Virus record (IMG/VR): IMGVR_UViG_3300025012_000026
Location: 163,248-227,247 of that record
Length of the DNA stretch: 64,000 bases
Direction: 5' to 3' (one strand)
The notes beneath the pieces are model-generated. The model was not told where the DNA came from. It was given only the letters and a program-made list of their open reading frames with translations, and searched no databases. A program made the translations under genes and the position numbers. Shown piece after piece: positions 54,374 to 64,000 of this stretch. Position 1 is the first letter of the stretch. Every line of letters starts with the position of its first letter.

Positions 54374-57300
54374 CTATAACTCAAAAGAATAATATTCATA
54401 TCTTTCTTTTTCTCGCTCCTCTTTTCTTTTTCTATCTTCTGCTGATATTTTATTATAAAGATCATTGACTTGATGATATTCTGAGTTGTGTATTGTAGGA
54501 ATAATTTCCACGTTAATGTGTCTGCTAAACTTTTTAGGTCTAAGTCTACCCGATAATGATGAAACATCAAATATTTTTTCACTATTTAATTTTAATTCGT
54601 GACACATTTTATTAATTTCATGAGCCAAAAGGTCAATTTGGTCATTAGGACTTTTTCCTATTTGATTGTGTATCCATTGACAATTCTTATAAACTTGTGT
54701 ATATAAGTGTAGCAAACACATTTCCATAGGATTTAAAGCAGAATTATCGTTTACCAATTCACACATATATTCTTGCTTGAATTTTTCTATATTATCCAAT
54801 TAAATCAATTCCTTTCTTTATAAACCCATAAATGTATTCATAATTAACACCTTCCTCCTTAAATACCAAACATTCCTTCTACACTATGTCTTGCAATTGT
54901 GTAAAGACACTTACTACAATCAGAATTTTTCTTTTGCATTTCGCCAAATGCACAACCACTTTGACAAGCATTATAACTATTATCTATCATCGCTATTAAT
55001 GCTCGATATTCATTTTCAGTTAGTTTAAGATTGATTTCTTTTAGTTTACTCATTTTTATTCCTCCTGTAGATTCGTTTAATTTATGCTTTGTCCACAAAT
55101 CTTGCTGTTTCTAACACTAAATTATGAATATTATCTAATGTATTTAAGACAGTAACCCTTACATTTTCATCTTTTGCGTCTTTCCAAATATCCTTCCATT
55201 TATCTATATTTACGTCAAGATATGTTATTTGTTCAATGATTTTCTTTTTCCTTATTAAACCAAACATATTATCAATCCTTTCACTTGAAAAAATATTATA
55301 TAATAACTCATTTTATTTGTCTATATTTTACTCCTATCTCTTCAGGTTTAATATCTAATTTGCCTCCACCAAATGTTTTGTAACATAACGTGCCATCGTT
55401 ATTTTCTTTTACAAATTGGTAGACATCATCTGCAAATGTTATTATAAATTTAGGATACCTTATTTGTTTACACTGATATTCCCAAAATCCCCAATTATCT
55501 AATCGTCCAAAACCCTTTGATAAAGTATCAGATATATCGGTAGAGTATTTTACTTTTATGTTATTGACTACTATATACTCCTCTTGCTGTTCTGAAGACA
55601 TTGAGTTCCATTCTTTAATATTAATGTCACATACAGGTAAATTATCATCATCTAATTCAAATTCAAACATAATTTGTATTCATCCTTTCTAGTTTTCAAG
55701 GGAATCGTTAATTAATTGAATACATCCATTCCCATTGCTTGCATATTTTCGTATTGCTTAATCTTCAGAATTTGCTTGAATAATTTCAACTGCTTTTGTA
55801 GTTTTTTTAAAACAAATTAGAAAAAATTCTTGCATGTTTCTTACCTCCTTCCAATTCGTCAATTGATTTCTACTCCCTTAGAATAAAAGTAATCCAATTT
55901 GAGTATAATATAATAGTAAGAGATTTTGACCCTCTTACTCATTGGATAATCTCTTTTAGGTTAAAAGTCTGGTCTTTATGACTAGACTTTTAACATTTTA
56001 TAAGATCAAACACTAGTTTTAATCTAACCAACCAAACTTTTCTCTTTTTGTCATAATTAATTCGTAATTATTTAAGAAATATAAACAAGACTCCTTACTT
56101 CCTTCAGATAATATCTCAGATGGCTTAGACAATGTTGGAGAAGTCATCATTCCAATATACTTATATGCACCATCCTTATGATCAAAGGAATAATTCAATG
56201 GTGCTTTATGAGTCGATTTAACTACCACCCAATTTCCAGAATGTTTAGGCATATTTATACTTTCTCCTTTCTTAATATTGTTATGCAGACATAACTTCAT
56301 TAGCAAGAACTAAACCAATTTTTCTGTAATTATTACTAACAATCACTTTTGTTAGTTCATCATCTAATTTATGAATTTCTGACACTACATTTTGCTTATA
56401 TTTATTTAACCAATTAATTATCATGTCGTAAATTATATCTGTTGACATATTTTCAACATTATCCAAACTAATTCTATCGATTTGCCACCTTTTATTTATT
56501 TCTTCTCTAAATTTCCTAATGATGATTCGAGCATCAAACCCGTTTTCTTTTTTACTGCACCAAATATCAAACCAAAAAGATCCAATCTTAATTTCTTGTT
56601 TTGCACGAGTTAATGGCATGTGTCTTCCATAACTTCTCGTATAAGAATTACCATATTCCCATTGAATTTTATCATTTGAAATTAAATATTTGCCAATAAT
56701 ATTTTCTTGCATAACATGTATTCCTCCCGATTAATTATATTTACCTTACTAAATATAGTGTATCATAATCAATAAATAAAATCAATAGAAAATAGAATAG
56801 ACAGAGAATTTATTTTTTCTCTGTCTTAATAATTACATATACATCCTTGGTTCTGTGGCACTCCAGTATTCAGTACCACCCTGTCCCATATTTTTAAATT
56901 TCTTATCTATCGCTTTGGTATAGCCTATAGAACTACATGGTGTTTTTATGTCATCTTTCTGAATACAAAACTTTTCAATTTCTTCAGGAGATAAAGTATA
57001 AGTTTTTACTTCACTTACTGGAGTGTTGTTCCAGTTATTTCTTTTGTTAAAAATATTAAACATCATTTTATGTATAACCTCCTTAATTATGATTTGTTTA
57101 AGATAACACTATATAAGGATTTAAACCTGTCGGAAGTGGTTTAAATCCTCTTAGGATGTATATTATTAGCATTCAACTATTTCAAATTCAACTAAAGCAA
57201 TCTCATTTGTGTTAATTAATACCTCTTTATCCGATGAAACTTTAAGAGATATTGTTCCTACGATTTCATCTTTATAAATATTTCCAATTAGTTCTTTAAG

Positions 57301-59393
57301 CTGTTCAACCCCTTGTTCTGCATCTTCCTTTGTTAATGCTTGTGGTGTAAAATTTGTATATCTTCTTTCTTTACCACTTTTTAGAATAATATTGATAATT
57401 AATAAGTATTGTTTCATATTAATTTCCTTCTTTCTTAATTTAGAATAGATTCAAAGAGTGGTTTTTAAACCTTATACAACTTTCCATTTTCATCGTATTC
57501 AACTTTGATAATATACTCTTCATCGCTATCCATTGGTGGAATTTCTCCCATGTATTCATATAAAATTGCCATAAATAAATTCATACTAAACCATCCATCT
57601 TTAGTTAAATATTGTTCTCCAAATGGTTCAACCGTTGTTGCAACCGCATACATAAAAACGCCTTCCTTCTTTCTTAAATTATAGATTCAAATACTGTTTT
57701 GATGGGTTACAAACCTACTGCTAATCCTTTTTCATCAATAATAATTTCCAAGTTTCTACTATCTACCCAACCACCATGAAAATTACCAGAACTCATTGGA
57801 TCTCCATGACCAATTAAATATGAATATTCAATTTTACCACTTTTAAGACTAATTATCACTTTAACATCCTGAACTTCATAATGCCTTAAACTTCTCGTTA
57901 GATGCACAGTATTCCATCCATACTGGGTTTGAATACAAACACCTTGTTTAATATTAACTTTATCACCTATGTTGACTACTGGTTTAATATTACTTAGCAT
58001 TTTTACTTCCTCCTCAAATTTTAGATTAAAAGTTATAATTTAATCTAAGTCATCTGGATCAAACTTTTTCAAACATCTAAGAAGAATACTTCTGTTTTCT
58101 TCTAAATCTTCTAATTCATACGTCCTACACAGTATATTCATGATTTCATAATAATTCATTTCACCAATAAGATTGTAAATAACTTCCTTTTCTTTATCGC
58201 TTAACTTTATCATTTAATATCAATCCTTTCCTATAGTTTAAAATCTTCACTTATCGGATCAACAAGATAATAATTCTTTTAATCCATCTCTAAGATTTTT
58301 AATATTAATTGCCTCATCTGTAGAATAATCATTTTTGAATACATTAGTCCAATAAGATTCTGTTGATATCGTGTTATATATCTCTGATACTGCTAATTGT
58401 GCTAGAGGTTCCCTATTATCAGCTAAAGAATGTTCAACTCTCCATATCATATTAGATATATACCACATACCATAAGCATCCTTAATTCCTTCTGAAAGTT
58501 CTTTTACTTTTACTTCTTCGCTTTCCGTTAATGTACCATTTTCTCCTTTTGCTACTAAACTTATAAATTCAGTATTAATACATTTTCTTGCTAATTCTTT
58601 TACTTCAGTACCCCATTTGATTGAAAAATTTGTCATATCAATTTCCTTCTTTCATCTTTAAATATTTTATTCCATGTCCATAATTAATTCAGGCATATTA
58701 ACATAAATTCTTTCTAGTGCATCATCCCAATTTATTTTATTAGAAGGATTAAAAATAATACCTCTAATAATATTTTGCAATGATTCATATTTAATTTGTT
58801 TAAGAACTTCTTTGCTAAATAACATTTGAATTTCTTGCTTTCCCATTTTTAAAACCTCTTTCTTTAAATTATCTTTTAAAACTTTCAAAATCATTTCCCT
58901 GTCTTTCATCAAAGAAAAATGTATAACCATTAATTCCTTTACTGTATTTTTCTCTTTGAGAGATATTTGTCCACTCAATAATATCCGTACCACCAAAACA
59001 AAAAACTAATTCTGCCATTGGTTGCCTATCATTTTCATAGAAAAGTCTAATTGCTGTTACTGCTCCGTGTTTTTCAGGAGTGTAATTTTCCATTTCAATC
59101 ATCCTTTCTTTCTTACGATACTATCAAATCTGCCTTTTGAGCTAGTTTGTTAATAGGTATCTTGCATATTTTTCTTCAATTACTGACAATGGTATTTTGC
59201 AACAATCTAAAGGATGACCTCCGACTCTATCACTAATAAATTGTTTGCAAAAATCATTGTAACTCATTTTACCTAAATACTCTTCATCTGAATTGGTTAA
59301 TGTAATTCTTTTACCATCATCGACCAATACACAAAATCCATCCTCATACTCACGTAAAGCATCATCTAAAGTCATTTCGCTTAATCTTGACAT
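54374..59393 (-). other. Cluster of small hypothetical early-type ORFs
   Basis: About 14 co-oriented ORFs with RBSs and intergenic hairpins. Confidence 0.55.
56799..56826 (-). terminator. Rho-independent terminator candidate
   Basis: AGACAGAGAA/TTCTCTGTCT inverted repeat followed by a T-rich tract on the minus strand. Confidence 0.5.
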
Positions 59394-59414
59394 TTATGTA
59401 TCACTCCTTAATTT

Positions 59415-59444
59415 ATGAGAGTAGAATCATTATTCTACTCTCAT
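59415..59444. terminator. Perfect 13-bp inverted repeat hairpin
   Basis: ATGAGAGTAGAAT-CATT-ATTCTACTCTCAT, downstream of the DUF2786 gene. Confidence 0.5.
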
Positions 59445-59456
59445 TTTTAATTCTAA

Positions 59457-60125
59457 CTAACAAATTGCACCAACTGGGGAACTAAACTTACTTCCTTGTT
59501 CAAAACCTTTACCATAAACTTGCTTATCATTTCCTCTGCTAATCGAACTCGATTGGCTTTTCCTTAAATGCAGATTACTCATTTCTTTCTGAATTAAAGG
59601 ATCTTTAACTAATATTATACCCCAATTGTTCTTTTCCACCTGAGCTTTATATTGACTGTCTAATCCTTTTACATAACCAAGCATATAATCATTCTTGATT
59701 CCAACATTGTAAATTACATGATGCTTTTTATATTGCTTAACAAAATTGACTGTATCATTTTCAATTGCTGTTACTGCAAATCCATAAACCATTTTGGCAA
59801 GTCGTACATCATCTTTTAATCCGATAAATACAATTGAACCACCAACATTGCGAGTTTTATGAATGTAACACTCACATCTGAAATTTTGAGCAATAATCAT
59901 AGACAATTGTTTTTCGTACCAACTGAGTCTCCCAAATTCTGTGATATTTTCTGACAATACTTCTTTGGGTTTTAGTATTTGGTTTACTTCAGATTGCTCA
60001 ATTCCGTTTTGAGCCATAAGTTGTTGTGCTTTTAGCATTGCGTTTTGAGCTTCGTTTGGGTTAGTGTTACCTTCAGCAAGTTTGAATAGGTTATGGATTT
60101 TGGCAAGAAGTTTTTCATCAACCAT
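59457..60125 (-). CDS. DUF2786 domain protein
   Basis: KLLAKIHNLFKLAEGNTNPNEAQNAMLKAQQLM..IIAQNFRC..IVFIG. Confidence 0.85.
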   Translation of the reverse strand: MVDEKLLAKIHNLFKLAEGNTNPNEAQNAMLKAQQLMAQNGIEQSEVNQILKPKEVLSENITEFGRLSWYEKQLSMIIAQNFRCECYIHKTRNVGGSIVFIGLKDDVRLAKMVYGFAVTAIENDTVNFVKQYKKHHVIYNVGIKNDYMLGYVKGLDSQYKAQVEKNNWGIILVKDPLIQKEMSNLHLRKSQSSSISRGNDKQVYGKGFEQGSKFSSPVGAIC

Positions 60126-60258
60126 AATATGTACCACTCCTTTGAAGTTTTTATTTATTGATTTATTATACCCCATATTTCCTAGTATTGCAATACCATT
60201 TACATAATATTATAAATATATTTAGGATGTAGAGTCCTATTCTATATTTAATTTTACA

Positions 60259-61149
60259 TTATGCCATGATTGCTTTCTTCATTGACTCAATTGTACCCTC
60301 TAGTAATTTAACCCTATTATTAAGGTCGGTAGTGACCATAGAGAACATTTGCATGAAGTCATATATTCCACTGAGGTTTATATTATCTTTAGTTATTACA
60401 ACACTATTCTCCAACTTTTCCTTAATTTCTTGAACCGTAAAATAAGAATTCACTAATTGTCTTTGTACCTCCCACGATAAGTCATCGGAGAATGATTTTA
60501 CTAGCATCATATAGCCAGTTTCAGTTATTAGTGTCAGACCACGATTAGGAATTTCTAAAAGACGAAATTCGTCCTTTTGATTTTTAGACACAATAAAGTA
60601 ATCTACGCCTTCAATAAATCTATCTCTATTGTTTTTAAAATTTCTACTCGCCGTTCCATTCGGTCTTTTATGAACTGCATCAATATCCTTAAATGTTACA
60701 ACTCGATTACCCTTAAAATCCTTTACCATTATATCTTGTTTATTTATTTTTATATATTCCTGCAAATCAACTACATTATTTTGTGTAATAATTTCTTCTT
60801 CCTTATCAATTTTAGTTACTGCCGTAATTGGACTTTCAACACTTTTATAACAATGATTTATCTCTAAAGGACTTACATATGGTTTATCAAGAAGTGTTAA
60901 TTCAAACTCTAATATTTCTTGTTGTCTAACTTTATTATCATATACAAGCCAAACATCAGTTAGATTTCCCACTTTTCCTCTATTTTTAACTTTTTGACGT
61001 TTGAGTTTACCCTCTTCCACCAATGATTTTACTGAATCATTAATACTCTTTTTGTTTAGTCTTACCGCAAGATCAATTTGTAGTATCAAGCGTTTCTCCC
61101 TTACCATTTTAACAATTGCCTTTTTGTGTTCTGTTGTACGATATGCCAT
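60259..61149 (-). CDS. ORF6N domain DNA-binding/antirepressor protein
   Basis: RVVTFKDIDAVHKRPNGTASRNFKNNRDRFIEGVDYF..TETGYMMLVKSFSDDLSWEVQRQLVNSYF. Confidence 0.88.
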   Translation of the reverse strand: MAYRTTEHKKAIVKMVREKRLILQIDLAVRLNKKSINDSVKSLVEEGKLKRQKVKNRGKVGNLTDVWLVYDNKVRQQEILEFELTLLDKPYVSPLEINHCYKSVESPITAVTKIDKEEEIITQNNVVDLQEYIKINKQDIMVKDFKGNRVVTFKDIDAVHKRPNGTASRNFKNNRDRFIEGVDYFIVSKNQKDEFRLLEIPNRGLTLITETGYMMLVKSFSDDLSWEVQRQLVNSYFTVQEIKEKLENSVVITKDNINLSGIYDFMQMFSMVTTDLNNRVKLLEGTIESMKKAIMA

Positions 61150-61184
61150 ATGTATTTATCCTTCTTTCTTCTTATAATTTATTT

Positions 61185-61451
61185 TTACTTCATTAAATCC
61201 AATATACTAATTCCTAAAACATTAGACACTTTCAATGCAGATTCAAAACTTATATTAGTTCTCTTTTTAGGTTGCCTATAGAGGTAGATTGTATTTATAT
61301 TTAATCCAACTTTATCAGCTAACTCTTGATTATTTCCTTTATACTCGGATCTATTTATATATTTGGTTATATTACTTTTTACGATTGCAGAATCTATTTT
61401 GTTATATTCATTGATGATATTTACTAACTTCTTTTGTTCTAATACTTCCAT
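61185..61451 (-). CDS. XRE-like HTH regulator
   Basis: NQELADKVGLNINTIY..ISFESALKVSNVLGISILDLM; upstream TTGACA-17-TACAAT. Confidence 0.75.
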   Translation of the reverse strand: MEVLEQKKLVNIINEYNKIDSAIVKSNITKYINRSEYKGNNQELADKVGLNINTIYLYRQPKKRTNISFESALKVSNVLGISILDLMK

Positions 61452-61850
61452 TTGTTTTTCACCTCCTTTCGCAACCGTATAGAGATTGTACCATTTTTAT
61501 TTTAATATGTCAATACCAATAAGTAATTAAATAAAAATTGTACAATTCAGTGCAAAAATAATGGTCGATCTGTTATGGCGATTCTGTTATTGATGTTTTG
61601 TATTTAACCATCCCAGTCTGAGCATTCATTTACATTGAAGATAAATTTAAGTTTATGTTTCTTCAAACAGGATTTATATTCAATATGATCACAGTCAAGA
61701 TTAAGACAGAACCAACAAGAATGTTTGATTTCCATTTTTATTCTCCTTTCTATCCCACCACATAAAAATAACATTTTATGCCAAATATTGAATTACAAAA
61801 GCCTAGTGTAGTAAGGTTTTTAGGGTTTGAGATTTTAGAAATATAACAAA

Positions 61851-63991
61851 TTAATGATATTTTTCTGATGCAATAGAAGAATCAATATTCATTCCCTTAA
61901 TTTTATCTTTCCATTTTTTAACCTCTTCATTATTTAGATATCCCGTATTAAGACATTCTCCGTCTACAAACAATGCTCTTCCAGACCTAAACAATTTGTT
62001 ATACTTAATATGATCATTGACATATTCATCCCTAACAATATTTACTACATGACTCCCATTTGCATAAACTCCTACAGAAATATGATTCACAATAATCATC
62101 CTCCATTTATTAAACTAATTTATGCTTCAACAAAAACTTGATTTGCTTATCCGTCAAAGTATCAATATCTAAATCTATAATTCTTTCATCACTACCTAAT
62201 TTTACCCAACCTAAGACTTCCAACAATCTTTCTGCACACCAAGGATGAGTATTGGTTAAGGGATCGATGATATTAAAACTAATCTCATTCCAATCTGCTA
62301 TTTCTTCAGCCTTTTTATAATGAGAAAGCAAATTGAAAGTGCTGTAAAATTTACCTTCAGGGGATAACCAACCGTTCATTAATTCACTCTCCTTTGGATT
62401 TAATTTAGTAACCAATACTATGATATAAACCCACAAACCCATATGCTCTGCTGTTATAGCGAATATGGGCTTAAATCACTAGCACAGATTAATAATAACC
62501 ATAGAATCCCATAAGGTAATTGTTATACATTTTGTTAAGATCGTCTGATGTAACCAAATTGCCTGAAAGTGTTTGAAAATATTCTTTCTTTGTTAGTGGT
62601 TTCTTTTCAACTTTATACTCGTTCATTTTAAATTAACTCCTTTCTTCACTCCGTTAAGTTTTACTTTTTATAGACTCTCTCCGCAAGCAGGACAAAAGAA
62701 CTCTACTTCACCTGATTCTAGGTTAATGTTCATTTCAAAATTTTCAAAACTAGTTTTACAGTTTGGGCATACCACTTTTGTCATATTATTGCACCTCCTA
62801 TTTTTTGATACCACCTAGCAGGATTGTTATGAACCCTGCTAACGCTCTGAGCTTAAGGCGTTTTATACTGGATCAGACCAGTTAATTTATTCCTTCCAAT
62901 AATTAACCCAAGCTAACTTTATAGAATCAACTGTTGAATTACTATCAACTACTACATTAAAACCATTAAAAATGCCTCCAATGGAGAAATCATTTCTTTG
63001 ATTTCTTTTAACCATTCTGTCCCATATTTCAAACAATCTTTCCACATACTCAATAAAAGATTCCATGTCAAATGGTTCAAATGTTCTTGCTAACATATTA
63101 ATACACTCTCCCTTAATTTAATTCTGCTTTCTAGTAAGCTTGCTTTCATGCTAATTTTCTTATGTCAATACTTCAATTCCAAATCCACCATCTAATGCTT
63201 CTATAACTTCTTCTAAACTATCACATTCAAGACTGTCCCAACCTTCAAGTCCTCTATCATCATCCATTAATATTAGGTATTTAATTACTTTGTCTACTGG
63301 TATTTTATCAATAATATCTTTTCTTTGATGTCTGTCGTTAACCTCATACTTTTTATCAGTCTTTTCTGAGAGGAAATCAATAAAAGCATATTTATCAATC
63401 TTTTCTCTCTCGATTAGCCATTTACCCTGTTCCTGGTCATACTCACTGTTATATCCCTCTAACACTCTACTAATCCAAAAGTCATTGGTATCCATACATA
63501 TAAATAACTTCTTATAGTAGTCTTTTGCATAGGAGAATAATTCACCTTTATCAATTAGTTGATTCATTTTACTTGTAACATCATAATATTTTGCAAATTT
63601 CATTTTATCATTTCCTTTCTAATTTAGAATAAGTTAAATAATAGACTTATGGGATAATTACCTATACCACTTCACAATTGACAAATAAAATCCAAATCCA
63701 TAAATATATTGATCACCATTTACAATTGCTTGCTTGAATTTATAAACCACGACAATATGCCTCCAATTCTTCAATTTGTTTTACGTGCTCATTGTAAACA
63801 TAATCAATATCAATAAAAGTATTTGAATCATATAGGCTAAAATCATAATTCTTCAAATGTGCTTTTGTTAATCCATCTAATAATATTTCAATCGCTTGAA
63901 CATCCTTATCCATTATAGCATTGTGAAGTTCATTGTTATACATAGAACGATATAGAATATACTCATTTTTAGACTGTAAACCACTTTGCAT
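61851..63991 (-). other. Small hypothetical ORFs (61851-62099, 62110-62442, 62887-63096, 63160-63603, 63740-63991)
   Basis: ORF track and RBSs. Confidence 0.55.
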
Positions 63992-64000
63992 AATAATTCC

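Larger units (their letters stand above)
1..64000 (-). mobile_element. Segment of a large SPbeta-like temperate phage/prophage (regulation, nucleotide metabolism and early accessory regions)
   Basis: Over 100 small co-oriented ORFs; YopQ/YopR-like repressor pair; phage-type ligase, BRO and ORF6N proteins, phage sigma factor; no housekeeping operons. Confidence 0.9.

Noticed and set aside
29498-54582. Overlapping same-strand alternative-frame ORFs (29498-29734, 54364-54582, and N-terminal extensions of 31101-31421 and 58667-58996)
   Set aside because: They are nested in better-supported ORFs; the real starts are at internal Met codons with RBSs
258-60867. All plus-strand ORFs in the track
   Set aside because: They lie antisense to convincing minus-strand genes, lack RBSs and have shadow-frame composition (rich in F/L/S/I)
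1-64000. tRNA, rRNA or IS transposase genes
   Set aside because: None recognised by eye; tRNAscan-SE/Infernal would be needed to exclude them formally

Overview
AT-rich 64-kb segment of a large temperate phage or prophage of the SPbeta-like type, probably infecting a Clostridia/Firmicutes host. Essentially all real genes are on the minus strand, with strong Firmicutes RBSs and sigmaA promoters, and no virion genes are present. Left to right it holds: a NAD-dependent DNA ligase (runs off the left edge); small accessory genes; an SPbeta-type repressor pair (MrpR/YopR-like and YopQ/DndB-like) directly downstream of a phage-encoded agr-like cassette (agrB, an unannotated agrD, two kinase-less membrane proteins, two MazF/PemK homologs with no MazE); a NARP1-like NAD+ reconstitution operon; and about 35 kb of small early-type ORFs (UvsE, sigma factor, RNA ligase, mini tyrosine recombinase, orphan HicA, BRO and ORF6N regulators). 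The top finding is at 26.6-28.2 kb: a stand-alone Cas7/RAMP-like gene followed by a non-coding array of ~60-nt units built of 5-nt modules (variable NN plus conserved GTT/GAT). This looks like a non-CRISPR RNA-guided system with a gapped dinucleotide code (VIPR-like). The second finding is the agr+MazF cassette sitting where SPbeta carries arbitrium, suggesting a different peptide-controlled lysis/lysogeny switch. All family assignments come from motif recognition by eye; no searches were run.
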